Positions 39,169-49,057 of a stretch of 64,000 nucleotides of DNA are shown here, in pieces (the stretch's first letter is position 1; each line of letters opens with the position of its first letter). Location: positions 186,001 through 250,000 of the IMG/VR virus record IMGVR_UViG_3300023179_000009. One strand, 5' to 3'. The notes beneath the pieces are model-generated. The model ran no database searches. It was given only the letters and a program-made list of their open reading frames with translations, and had not been told where the DNA came from. Position numbers and translations under genes: made by a program.

Positions 39169-39934
39169 AGAAGGTTTTATTTTAGTTAAAAATTTTTTTA
39201 ATGAAAAAGAAATAAAAATTGTAAAAAAAGATATAGAAAAAATTTTTAAAAATTATTGCGGTAAAAGCAGTGATGATGCCATAATAAAATTATTTCAAGC
39301 AGATTTTGAAGGATTTCATGGGTGTGCAAAAGCATGTCAAAATTTGATATCTTTATACCGAATGTCAACAAGTAAAAAAGTTACAAATTTTCTCAAACAT
39401 TTGGGTCTTAAATTTCCTTCTATAAACACCAAGCCTTTGCTGTCTTTTAGTTCACACAAAACAGCAAAAACAGAAATAAATTGGAAAGTTCCGGCACACC
39501 AAGACTGGCCATCTGTTCAAGGTAGTCTAAATGGCCTTACGTGCTGGATTCCTCTTGTGGATTTAAATGAAGATTTAGGATATTTGGAAATTGCTAAAAA
39601 AAGTCATAGGAGAGGTTGTTTAAATCACGAAATGCAAACCGTACCTGTTTTGGGTGAAGATAAACTATTAAATGAAAAATTTACGCCCATTAAAATGAAA
39701 CTAGGAGATTTGTTGGCATTTAACTTTTTTACAATACACAGATCTGGTTTAAATAAAACAAAAAACGAAATAAGAATTACAACTCATTTCAGATATAATG
39801 ATTTAGAAGAGGAAACATTTATACAAAGAAAGTTGCCGCATCATAGGGTTGACACTTTCAAAGCAGAAATATTATTTCCTGATTTTCCCAATCAAAAACA
39901 AATGAAATCTTTTTTAAGAAAACAGATTTTATAA
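39140..39934 (+). CDS. PhyH-family 2OG-Fe(II) dioxygenase
   Basis: PAHQDW, WIPLVD, GD.L.F....HRSG.N....R. Confidence 0.85.
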   Translation: MKNLKEKYIEEGFILVKNFFNEKEIKIVKKDIEKIFKNYCGKSSDDAIIKLFQADFEGFHGCAKACQNLISLYRMSTSKKVTNFLKHLGLKFPSINTKPLLSFSSHKTAKTEINWKVPAHQDWPSVQGSLNGLTCWIPLVDLNEDLGYLEIAKKSHRRGCLNHEMQTVPVLGEDKLLNEKFTPIKMKLGDLLAFNFFTIHRSGLNKTKNEIRITTHFRYNDLEEETFIQRKLPHHRVDTFKAEILFPDFPNQKQMKSFLRKQIL

Positions 39935-39952
39935 ACAATAAATTATAAACAT

Positions 39953-40867
39953 ATGAATTTTTATTGTTACAACGCAGATGAATTGATTAAAAAAATAGAT
40001 TTTTCAACAAAAAATGTTACTTTGCATAAACACTATAGTCATTATTGTAATAAATTTTTAACACAAGTAAAAAATTTTTCAAATAATGATAAACAAAAAA
40101 AATTATATTTTTTTGTACCAATAGTAATAAAAGCAAAAAAAGAATCTTCTATTGAGCAAATAAATGAATGCTTTATATATTTGTCAAAAAAATTAGATTA
40201 TTTTGAAGAATATGGGAACAATCATATTTTTTTTTGGGTAGGAGATAGTTTCTTGACACCTGATTTTGGTAATCAAGAGAATTTTTTTATGCAATCTTGT
40301 CATAAAAATAACCCTTGTAAGTCTTTGCATTATATTTCTTCAATTTGTGAAAAGCTTATATTTTCAAAAAATATAAATGAAGCCAAAATAGACGTATCTT
40401 TTCAGGGCAACTTTAAAACACACCAATGCAGAGAACGACTTAAAAATCTAAGATTAAACTTTAATACCAAAATTGTTTCAAGCCCATCTATACAACCTCA
40501 AAATCATACGGAAGAATGGATTGACTCTTATATCGATTTAATAGAAAATAGTAAATTTGTACTATGCCCAAGAGGTCAGGGCCTAAACTCCATCAGGTTT
40601 TTTGAAGCTATTTCCGCAGGAAGAATTCCCATATTAATTTCAAATGATACAAAATTACCACTAAGTAATATTATAGATTGGTCCGATATTATAATTCAAT
40701 TAAACGAAAATTTTAATGAGGATAATTTAAATTTAAAAATTAAAAATTTTTTAGATAAAAAAAATTTACCAGATGTTTCAAATAATTTAAAAAAAATTTG
40801 GAATGATTATTTTTTAAATATTAAAAATTTTTTTGAATATAATTATAAAAATTTTATGATTATTTAA
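39953..40867 (+). CDS. exostosin-family (GT47) glycosyltransferase
   Basis: SFQG, SKFVLCPRGQG.NS.RFFEA...G.IPILIS. Confidence 0.85.
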   Translation: MNFYCYNADELIKKIDFSTKNVTLHKHYSHYCNKFLTQVKNFSNNDKQKKLYFFVPIVIKAKKESSIEQINECFIYLSKKLDYFEEYGNNHIFFWVGDSFLTPDFGNQENFFMQSCHKNNPCKSLHYISSICEKLIFSKNINEAKIDVSFQGNFKTHQCRERLKNLRLNFNTKIVSSPSIQPQNHTEEWIDSYIDLIENSKFVLCPRGQGLNSIRFFEAISAGRIPILISNDTKLPLSNIIDWSDIIIQLNENFNEDNLNLKIKNFLDKKNLPDVSNNLKKIWNDYFLNIKNFFEYNYKNFMII

Positions 40868-40909
40868 AAAATAAAGATGATGCAAAAACTAGTATCGATT
40901 GATTATATA

Positions 40910-41647
40910 TTAGATTAAAAATTTGCTTGTATAATTGTTTAATATATTGATGTAAGTTTTACACCACTTAGCATAAATGGGCGGATCTCTAAATATAAAA
41001 TCATTTTCCTCTAAATAATTTGAATTGTGAAGCACACTGAATTGCCCGTTGTGCATTATTCTTGAGGAGATAATTTTATCTATATATTTGTAATTCATAT
41101 TGTTTATTTTTATTTCATAGCGAACTGTGTAGTGTCTTTTTATTATATTATTTAAAGAATCATTATTCATTTTTTTAATTTTTTCAATCTTTAAAGCATA
41201 TTGGCAACTTTGTAATATTTTACACTTCTCTTCTTTTCCTTCATTTAATTCAAATTTTCCTTCATGTATAAAATATCTTACAACATCCCCACACAAGAAA
41301 TCGATTTTTTCTTCCTCTTCCTCTATGTTTTTTTTAAATGATTTGCAAAACCAATCATCGTCATCAAAAGGAATGACCCAATCTTTTTTGTTTAGTTTTA
41401 ATATGTCTTTAGTCGAAATTTCTTCAATTTGAGCATCATGAAATGTTCTTTTGGAAATTATTTTTAATATATTTCTAAATTCATAATAATCAATTTTGTT
41501 CACCATGTTCCATTTGTTTATGATTTCTTTATATTTTTTAATTTGTTCAATAGGAGTCTTTTTTATTTGTTTTCTGTCGGCAAAAAAATCTATATTCAAT
41601 TCTTTTTTTTTCCAATCTATTGTATCTCTGTAGCAAAAGTATATCAT
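40910..41647 (-). CDS. putative GT-A glycosyltransferase
   Basis: IPFDDDDWF motif; context. Confidence 0.55.
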   Translation of the reverse strand: MIYFCYRDTIDWKKKELNIDFFADRKQIKKTPIEQIKKYKEIINKWNMVNKIDYYEFRNILKIISKRTFHDAQIEEISTKDILKLNKKDWVIPFDDDDWFCKSFKKNIEEEEEKIDFLCGDVVRYFIHEGKFELNEGKEEKCKILQSCQYALKIEKIKKMNNDSLNNIIKRHYTVRYEIKINNMNYKYIDKIISSRIMHNGQFSVLHNSNYLEENDFIFRDPPIYAKWCKTYINILNNYTSKFLI

Positions 41648-41650
41648 GGT

Positions 41651-43195
41651 TTATATCTTAATATTTGTTTTAATTATCTCATTTCCGAAAACAATTGCGT
41701 CTACTCCGTTTATCTCCAGGCACTGTTTTTTTAAAGAAACTATTGGTTTGCCCATGACATTAAACGAAGTATTTAACAAAACAGGAACCCCACTCAAATT
41801 TTTGTATTCTTTAATTAATTGATAAAAGCAAGGGTTGTCTGGTTCTTCTACTGTTTGAATCCTACAGGTTCTGTCTACGTGTGTTATGGCTGGTATTTTT
41901 TTTTCATCTAAAACTTTACAAGCATATAGCATATATTTGCTTTGATTCATATCAAAGTAAGAACTTGAGTTCTCTTGCAACACAGATCCCGCAAATGGTC
42001 TCCACGGCTCTCTCATTTTAACTTTTTTATTTATTTCATCTTTGTTTGATTTGTTTATTGGAGACATAAGGATAGATCTGTTCCCAAGTGCTCTTGGTCC
42101 TAATTCTCCAGACCCTTGAATCCAACCTATAATTTTATTTTCATTCAACATTTTTGCCATTAATTTTATGGTCTTATCTGTTGGCCTTTGTATAATATTA
42201 TCATCTTGCCAATAAGGAAAACCAATGCAATCAAACTGGTTTTCTCCAAAGTATAACCTTAAAAACTCTAAGCAACCCAGAGGTATTCCTCCATCATAAC
42301 AATGTGGTATAGGAAATAAATTGGGAAATTCTTTTTTAATTCTGTAATTAAATACAGTATTTTGAACACAGCCACCGGAATAACTTATAATAGACTTTTT
42401 ATCCAAAGAAGCAAATGTATTTTTTAAAATATAATTTAGCCAAAAATTATGCCACTCCGAATAAGTTTTATAAAATCCTTTTTTGATCATTTCTCGACAC
42501 CTGAACATCTCTGGTGACATGTATTTATAATTTTTTACATATTCATTTATACGATTTGAATTTACGTCTAGTTCAAGAAGTTTAGGTAAACCAAATTCTT
42601 TTATTTGATCCTCCGAGTACGCTTGCAACCCCATTATTTTACCTGCAAAATCAATTCCCACGGCACCTGTTTCTCTTGTTTCTTTTGCCGAAGCGCTAAA
42701 TCCCATAAGACCAGCAATCGCCCTGAATTCCAAACCCACAGAGGAACCAAATTCTTCATAAACAACTTCGGGATTTGTTGTTAAATTTTTTATGACTGTT
42801 GTTGATTTTTCATTATCGCCTTTTCCATCTATGCACACCCCATAATCTGTATTTACTGTTGGTATCACTGGCCAAGAACTCAAAATGTGAGCAAAGTGAT
42901 GGTCAATATTAAAACTTTTTATATCTAAGCCTAATTTTTTAAGTTGTCCTTTGCAAAATAATTCTTTTTTTGAACACTTACCAAGTCCTGATCTATCTCC
43001 GTCTGAGTATGCTATGCATTTAATGTCTTTTAATTTTATTTTCCAGTCATCTAATGCTTTAGAAACAAAATTAAAATTTCCTTTTTGATGTTTAATCCCA
43101 TGAATTCTCTCGAATTTTCTATATTTTATGTTGCCGTCCATTGAAACTGCAACACTGGCATCATGTCCTAGATAAAAAGATAAAAATATTGACAT
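41651..43195 (-). CDS. carbamoyltransferase (NodU/CmcH family)
   Basis: GHDASV, HHFAH, DGKGD, GKIMGL, SGGCVQN, ELGPRALGNRS, LLNTSFN. Confidence 0.92.
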   Translation of the reverse strand: MSIFLSFYLGHDASVAVSMDGNIKYRKFERIHGIKHQKGNFNFVSKALDDWKIKLKDIKCIAYSDGDRSGLGKCSKKELFCKGQLKKLGLDIKSFNIDHHFAHILSSWPVIPTVNTDYGVCIDGKGDNEKSTTVIKNLTTNPEVVYEEFGSSVGLEFRAIAGLMGFSASAKETRETGAVGIDFAGKIMGLQAYSEDQIKEFGLPKLLELDVNSNRINEYVKNYKYMSPEMFRCREMIKKGFYKTYSEWHNFWLNYILKNTFASLDKKSIISYSGGCVQNTVFNYRIKKEFPNLFPIPHCYDGGIPLGCLEFLRLYFGENQFDCIGFPYWQDDNIIQRPTDKTIKLMAKMLNENKIIGWIQGSGELGPRALGNRSILMSPINKSNKDEINKKVKMREPWRPFAGSVLQENSSSYFDMNQSKYMLYACKVLDEKKIPAITHVDRTCRIQTVEEPDNPCFYQLIKEYKNLSGVPVLLNTSFNVMGKPIVSLKKQCLEINGVDAIVFGNEIIKTNIKI

Positions 43196-43201
43196 ACTAA
43201 T

Positions 43202-43861
43202 TTATAAAAAAATTTTTTCACTATGTAAAGGTAAGTTTTTAATTTTTGAATTAGAATAAGAATAAGAGTGATCTTTTTTCTTCTGTTCCTGATTTCTCCA
43301 ATCAACATGTATAACATTAATATAATTGGTTAGATTTTTAACATTGATATTACTCTCTATAGCCGCAGTTCTGAATCTACTTTCGCAATGCCAGTATCCT
43401 AATTTAAAATCACAATAAAATTCACGAAGATTATCTTTATAAGCCCAAGCGTCCTGCGAGCATTTGGGGTTAATTTTTTTTCCAGAGTTGTGGAACACTT
43501 CACTCTCAATTATTTCGCCTTTTTTTGTTAAATCTTTTCTTGATAAAATTACCAAAGTGTTTTTCCATTCAATTTTGAGCAAACAACCAACAGTCTCATC
43601 AAGATAAACATCTGAGTTAGCTAAAATTTTTACACCTTTGTTTTTTTTTGAAAAATCAATCCAATCTTTATAAGAAATTCTTTTGTTAACTTCTACAAAT
43701 TCAATTTTTTCCTTATCAAACAAAGGAATATCACATTTTTTTTCAAAAAATAACACTATTTTGTTTATAAATTTATTTTTTAAATTCTTGTTTAAACAAT
43801 ACAGGTTGTAGCTCTCCACCTCTGGCGTGCATTTAAATATTTGTTGGTAAAGAGTTATCAT
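43202..43861 (-). CDS. putative GT-A glycosyltransferase
   Basis: LANSDVY, SQDAW, G..CE. Confidence 0.6.
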   Translation of the reverse strand: MITLYQQIFKCTPEVESYNLYCLNKNLKNKFINKIVLFFEKKCDIPLFDKEKIEFVEVNKRISYKDWIDFSKKNKGVKILANSDVYLDETVGCLLKIEWKNTLVILSRKDLTKKGEIIESEVFHNSGKKINPKCSQDAWAYKDNLREFYCDFKLGYWHCESRFRTAAIESNINVKNLTNYINVIHVDWRNQEQKKKDHSYSYSNSKIKNLPLHSEKIFL

Positions 43862-43864
43862 CTA

Positions 43865-44722
43865 TTATAAGAAGTATTTTATTTTATTATAATTATATAT
43901 TTTGTCTAAACAATACTTAATATTGTAATTTTCACAATTATAGTATTTTTTGTATAAATTTTTAATATTTTTTTCATTATAATAATGAAAAATTTTTATT
44001 TTTTTTGTATCTATGTTATTTTTTTTTATAAAGTTATCTACCATACTACTTGAAAAATTATATTCATAATTTAAATTTTTAAATGGCAGACCCGCCTCCA
44101 ATACAGATAAGCAAAAACATATCTGAGCTTTGAATTTATTTTTTAAATTATTTAAAGAATAAACATATTTTTTTATATAAGGTGCCAATTTATGCATTAA
44201 TTTTTTGTTTAATACTATAAAGCCATTATTAAAATAGCACGGCGGGCAATAATCGTTGTTCTTTATTTGTTTTTTGAATGATTTTAATTCAAGTTTTAAA
44301 TTAAATTGTTTTAAAACAATATCCCAACTCATTTTCTCTTCTTTAAAAGGACTTTCGTGTGCTAAAACTCCGTAAACCCCAACCTCAGATCTAACTTGTG
44401 TAATTATTTCTTTTAATGAATTTAGCACCAAAACATCTGCATCTAACATCACACAGACGGATGATTTAGACTCTAGAAAATATCTTATTGCTCCACTCCA
44501 TTTTGGCCTTAAATTGTCCTTGTTTTCATAGTATACAATGTCTGAGTTTTTTATAATGTACTTGTTTTTTATTTTTTGATTTTTTGGTAACATTATTGTA
44601 AAATAATAATTATCAAGGTCGCTAAAAAATTCTATTGATTTCATCAATGCAAAAACATTTTCTTCCATGTGTTCTTCTATTTTTAAGAAAAAATGAGCAT
44701 CATTTTTTGGAATTTTTATCAT
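43865..44722 (-). CDS. GT8-like glycosyltransferase
   Basis: LDADVL, YFNNGF, AQ, YNF, IFHY. Confidence 0.7.
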   Translation of the reverse strand: MIKIPKNDAHFFLKIEEHMEENVFALMKSIEFFSDLDNYYFTIMLPKNQKIKNKYIIKNSDIVYYENKDNLRPKWSGAIRYFLESKSSVCVMLDADVLVLNSLKEIITQVRSEVGVYGVLAHESPFKEEKMSWDIVLKQFNLKLELKSFKKQIKNNDYCPPCYFNNGFIVLNKKLMHKLAPYIKKYVYSLNNLKNKFKAQICFCLSVLEAGLPFKNLNYEYNFSSSMVDNFIKKNNIDTKKIKIFHYYNEKNIKNLYKKYYNCENYNIKYCLDKIYNYNKIKYFL

Positions 44723-44853
44723 TTTTGTAAAATTATTTATAATTAAAAAATAAAAAATAAGAGTCAAGTCTCTTTAATTTTATAGAATAAATTAAAAAAG
44801 ATGCATTATATTAACGATATGTGGAAAATATCCCGAGAAGCCATGGTGTAACA

Positions 44854-45582
44854 TTGAATTTAAGATATATTGTTACAGGCACTGGTCGCTGCGGAACTGT
44901 TTTTTTGGCTCGTTTTTTAACGAGTGTGGGGACGCCCTGTGGTCATGAATCAATTTTTGGGCCAGAAGGTTTGGATTTGGCAAAGTACAGATTATCTGGT
45001 TTATCCACACCTTGCCTGAGTTACTGTTCAAAAAATATTTTAAAAAGTGGTAAGTGGGAGCCTCTTCCGGATTGGATCACAGAAATAGAAAAAATACAGG
45101 CTGATTCTAGTTATTTGGCTGCTCCTTTTCTTCAGGAAAGTTGTTTGGAAAATTGTAAAAAAATTCATTTAGTTAGAGATCCGATTAAGGTGATTCATTC
45201 TTTTTGCAATCATATTGAATATTTCAAATCTGATGAGCCTAAAGATAAATTTGAAAAATTTATCTATGAAAAAGCACCAGAGTTGCAAACAAAAATGCCT
45301 CAATATGATCGTGCTTGTTTGTTTTATGTTCTTTGGAACAATATGATAGAAAAAAATAATATCGATTTATTTTATAAAGTAGAAGATTCAATTGAAGTTT
45401 TGTTTAATTTTTTGAACTTAGAAAAAAAAGAACACTTCTCCGATAACACTATAAACACTCATAAAAAATGGTCAAAAGAAAGTTTTGATGTTCATTTAAT
45501 ACAAAGCAAAGAAATAAAAAATGAATTTATAAAAATGGGCCGACGATACGGCTATAAAATGGTTTCTCCATTCATGGTTTAA
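44854..45582 (+). CDS. sulfotransferase-like protein
   Basis: VTGTGRCGT P-loop, GHE, HLVRDP..VIHS. Confidence 0.8.
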   Translation: MNLRYIVTGTGRCGTVFLARFLTSVGTPCGHESIFGPEGLDLAKYRLSGLSTPCLSYCSKNILKSGKWEPLPDWITEIEKIQADSSYLAAPFLQESCLENCKKIHLVRDPIKVIHSFCNHIEYFKSDEPKDKFEKFIYEKAPELQTKMPQYDRACLFYVLWNNMIEKNNIDLFYKVEDSIEVLFNFLNLEKKEHFSDNTINTHKKWSKESFDVHLIQSKEIKNEFIKMGRRYGYKMVSPFMV

Positions 45583-46595
45583 TATATTTGTTTATTAGCA
45601 TTGTCTGATGGCACTTCCAGAACATAGTCTACAAAATCAATTTCCATATAACTTTGTAGCACATCTACATTTTGCCAAACACGACACAATCTATCTAAAA
45701 TAGATTGATAATTCACAAAGAAATCTTCTACGCTGGTTTTGCTAACAAATTCATTTTTTACAAAAAGACCAGATTCTTTAAACCAATGTCTGTATGTTTC
45801 AAGTGGATTCACAACCTTTATATTGGGTTCACTTTGTAGCCCCAAACACCGCATCAATTCAATATCATCTAAAATTAAATGTATAAATGCCTTGTTCTTG
45901 CTGGTGTATAGATGTGATCCATGCCTGCTCGACCAAGGATGATTCCTGATATAAATTCGGCCCTCACCAGAAAGCAGCCCAGAGGTTTGTCTTAGAGCCT
46001 CTATTGGGTCAACTAAAGAAATATGATCCAACACATCGTGCATCAAAATAATATCAAATGGAGCATTGCATTTTACCAAATCAAAATTATCTGCGAAGTG
46101 ATTGCGGTCAAATTGATATTTGCTTGCATCAACATCATATCCTATGGCCAAAGAACATTCACGAGTTAAAGCTGCCGGAATTGTGTGGCCCTCCCCACAT
46201 CCAAAATCCAAAAATCTTTTATTTTTCATTCTTTCGCCAACTAGCAAATCCATTATGCTATCGGCTCTTTTTTGTTTATCTTCATTTGTTACACAAAGAA
46301 GATGCGGCTCCACAGCATGTGGCCACTCCTCTGATTCTAAAAGTTTTCTTATTTCTTCAAGTGATTTTTCATATTCACTTGCTTGTGGCAATCCATATTT
46401 TTTAAGATTGTTTGCAAGTTCTGCCATATCTCTTCGAATTTTGGCATTTTCAAATAAAAGTTGTTTTTCTTGACTTTCTCGAAGTGCATTTATTGATTCT
46501 TTTACTTCTTTGAGGACTCCCATAAAACTTTCTAATTTTCTCAAATGAGCATCTATTTCATAGGCAATTCCGTCGATTCTTTTCATATCTAACAT
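45579..46595 (-). CDS. class I SAM methyltransferase with N-terminal coiled coil (paralog 1 of 3)
   Basis: FLDFGCGEG, DVLDH, HPWSSRHGSHLY. Confidence 0.85.
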   Translation of the reverse strand: MLDMKRIDGIAYEIDAHLRKLESFMGVLKEVKESINALRESQEKQLLFENAKIRRDMAELANNLKKYGLPQASEYEKSLEEIRKLLESEEWPHAVEPHLLCVTNEDKQKRADSIMDLLVGERMKNKRFLDFGCGEGHTIPAALTRECSLAIGYDVDASKYQFDRNHFADNFDLVKCNAPFDIILMHDVLDHISLVDPIEALRQTSGLLSGEGRIYIRNHPWSSRHGSHLYTSKNKAFIHLILDDIELMRCLGLQSEPNIKVVNPLETYRHWFKESGLFVKNEFVSKTSVEDFFVNYQSILDRLCRVWQNVDVLQSYMEIDFVDYVLEVPSDNANKQIY

Positions 46596-46639
46596 AACAA
46601 TTATTCCAGAGAAAAACTATAATACATTAAAGGAATGAA

Positions 46640-47881
46640 CTACCCACCCGCTAAAGACGGGTGGGTTTCCGCTCCAACCAACAGCCCACCATAAGCGGGT
46701 CTTACATCAGGACAAGCGGCTAACTCGGTAGTTCCTACCGTTCTGTATTTTACTCCTTCGTCAAGTATATTCAAGGCTGCGTTTTGGTCACGGTCAATAT
46801 TTTCAAAACAGTTGAAACAAAACCATTCCCTATCGGTTGGTTTTAGTTCTTTGTTTTGAAAACCACAATTATTGCAAAGTTGACTTGATGGAAAGTATCT
46901 GTCAACCTTGATTAATTCACGACCATACCACTTCGCCTTGTAGGTCAATTTGTCAACAAAAGAGCGAAACCCACAATCGGCAATGTCTTTATGTCTGTTG
47001 CGTTCTTGATATCGTTTTTCTTCTCTTTTGTCGGGACTAACCTTTTTAAGCATGGATTCTACGCTCAAGTCTTCAACAATTATCACTTGGTTTTCGTTGA
47101 TGATGCGTCGTGTTAACTTGTGTAGAAAATCTTCACGCTTGTTGGTTATCTTCAAATGTAGTTTAGCCAACCTTCGGTTGGCTTTCTTCCTGCCATTACT
47201 TCCTTTTTCGCTTCGGCTCACACTTTTACTCAAAAGTTTAAGTCTTTGTTCGTACTGTTTCATGGGTCTTGGATTTTGTATCTTGTTGCCATTACTGTCC
47301 ACTATATTTTTTACATTAAGGTCAAATGCAATTACTTCCGACGAAGTCGGCAAACTAGAAATTTCTTTTTGAACAGTGACTGAAACGAAGCATTGTCCAA
47401 CTTTGTTTTTGCTTATTGTTGCAAACTTGATTTCGCCACTAAATTCACGGTCTTGAACAAAGTTGATTCCCGACAAGAACTTGGGGAAACAGAGTTTCTT
47501 GTCTTTGATTTTGATGTTCTGCTTTACTCGGAATGATTGTTTGTCATTTCTACGCTTGAATTTTGGGAAACCTTTTTTGCCCTTATTCTTTTGTTTGATC
47601 TTACGAAAAAAGTTGTCATACGCTGTTTGCAAACATTCAACTGCATATTGCAAACTTTGACTTCCTACTTCTTTCAACCAAGGATGGTCTTTCTTTAGAT
47701 TCGGAAGTTCTTTTTCGTTGTCTTTTCTACTTATTGACTTTTTACTGTTTTTGTATTCTTGTATTCGCTTATACAAAAAATGGTTGTACACGAACCTCCC
47801 GCAACCGAAGTGCTTATTCAGCAACGATTCTTGTTGTTTGGTTGGATACAACCTAAATTTGTAGGAATACAGATGGTTCAA
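46640..47881 (-). CDS. tnpB: TnpB RNA-guided endonuclease
   Basis: YKFRLYPT HTH, IAFDLN, VEDL, DRDQNAA, zinc finger CNNC...CFNC. Confidence 0.94.
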   Translation of the reverse strand: MNHLYSYKFRLYPTKQQESLLNKHFGCGRFVYNHFLYKRIQEYKNSKKSISRKDNEKELPNLKKDHPWLKEVGSQSLQYAVECLQTAYDNFFRKIKQKNKGKKGFPKFKRRNDKQSFRVKQNIKIKDKKLCFPKFLSGINFVQDREFSGEIKFATISKNKVGQCFVSVTVQKEISSLPTSSEVIAFDLNVKNIVDSNGNKIQNPRPMKQYEQRLKLLSKSVSRSEKGSNGRKKANRRLAKLHLKITNKREDFLHKLTRRIINENQVIIVEDLSVESMLKKVSPDKREEKRYQERNRHKDIADCGFRSFVDKLTYKAKWYGRELIKVDRYFPSSQLCNNCGFQNKELKPTDREWFCFNCFENIDRDQNAALNILDEGVKYRTVGTTELAACPDVRPAYGGLLVGAETHPSLAGG

Positions 47882-48027
47882 TTGTCCTCTTTGGTGTAGT
47901 TGACCATGAAATCACGGACTACTTCGCTTATTGTTTTGTAGTTTTCTTCACACTTTTTTTTGAATTGCTCAAACAATGATGGTTGAACACGAATCAGCAT
48001 ATCTTTTTCTTTGTTCTCTTTGCTCAT
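47878..48027 (-). CDS. ribbon-helix-helix (CopG-like) protein, 49 aa, not in ORF track
   Basis: MSKENKEKDMLIRVQPSLFEQFKKKCEENYKTISEVVRDFMVNYTKEDN*; stop overlaps the TTG of tnpB. Confidence 0.75.
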   Translation of the reverse strand: MSKENKEKDMLIRVQPSLFEQFKKKCEENYKTISEVVRDFMVNYTKEDN

Positions 48028-48147
48028 ACATTGTATATAGTGTGCCAGAACTGATTTTTGAACCGAATTTTAGGGGAATCGTTGAAAAAGACATGGGTTC
48101 TTACTAAATTATGACTATACGGCGATTCATCCCGCTACCCTAAAGAG

Positions 48148-48198
48148 GTTTGCCTATTTTGCTCGTTCGCTATCGCTCACGATCTGCAATAGGCAAAC
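48148..48198. repeat. palindromic insert within the IS left-end hairpin
   Basis: Perfect 11-bp inverted repeat GTTTGCCTATT/AATAGGCAAAC around TTGCTCGTTCGCTATCGCTCACGATCTGC. Confidence 0.7.
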
Positions 48199-48243
48199 TT
48201 TCTACGAAAGTAGGGGCGTTCTCGCCACAGGAAAGGTAAAAAG

Positions 48244-49044
48244 ATGACCAAACCGTTATTCCGCTGGACTTGCGGCAGTTGTTTGCAGCAAGGCTTGGAT
48301 ATTCTTGCTGAATCTATTAATCGAACAACAAAAAGTTTAGGTATACACAATTTTGATTGGGTGATATGTTATAATAATCTTTATAGAGATGATCTTGCTT
48401 TTTTACAAAAAGCAATAGGCGATAAACCTATTCAACTAATAGCTCAAAATTGGTCAACTTGTCCGGTTGACGACAACTGCCAGAATCCTCGTCGCAAAGA
48501 CGGTAGTTTTGAGTGGAATGGCAATCGCTGTGGAGGAACCATGTGGAAGGTTTGCCCTCCAAGATTGCGAATGGAAACACATGAAATTGTTATGGACAAC
48601 GATATAATTTTACTTAAAAAATTTCATCAAATCGATGATTTTTTAAATCAAACAAAAAAATGTTTAGTTTTAGAAGAGCCCATTCGTTTTTATGGAAGGT
48701 ACGACTGTTTGTTTGGAGACGCCACAACTTTTTTAAATTCTGGTTTTATGGGATTTCCTCCTGGTTACGATTATGGTGCTGAATTATTTAAAGTTTGGAC
48801 AAAATATTCAAAATACATGAATTTAACACAGGCTGACGAACAAGGATTGCTAATGTTTACATTGGACCAGCAGCCAAATATTCGTATTAAAAAAGAACAA
48901 ATGGTCGAAGTTTTAAATCGTGATTTCAAGGCCATCATCACAGGTCACGAAGAAGGAATACATTTTACTCAAGCAAATCGAATACCTAACCATTTTGCTT
49001 GGAAAATGTATCAAGAAGTTATTGGAAATCACACTATAATCTAG
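48244..49044 (+). CDS. putative GT-A glycosyltransferase
   Basis: MWK, MDNDII, LNSGF, DEQG, HF. Confidence 0.65.
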   Translation: MTKPLFRWTCGSCLQQGLDILAESINRTTKSLGIHNFDWVICYNNLYRDDLAFLQKAIGDKPIQLIAQNWSTCPVDDNCQNPRRKDGSFEWNGNRCGGTMWKVCPPRLRMETHEIVMDNDIILLKKFHQIDDFLNQTKKCLVLEEPIRFYGRYDCLFGDATTFLNSGFMGFPPGYDYGAELFKVWTKYSKYMNLTQADEQGLLMFTLDQQPNIRIKKEQMVEVLNRDFKAIITGHEEGIHFTQANRIPNHFAWKMYQEVIGNHTII

Positions 49045-49057
49045 TAGGATCAAAAAA

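Larger units (their letters stand above)
46635..48235 (-). mobile_element. IS200/IS605-family element carrying RHH gene + tnpB, no tnpA
   Basis: Right-end hairpin 46643-46666 ending TCAT (guide GAAA); left end follows TTAC (guide AACG at +16 to +19); the reconstructed empty site restores an AAGGAG SD for gene 48244. Confidence 0.85.
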
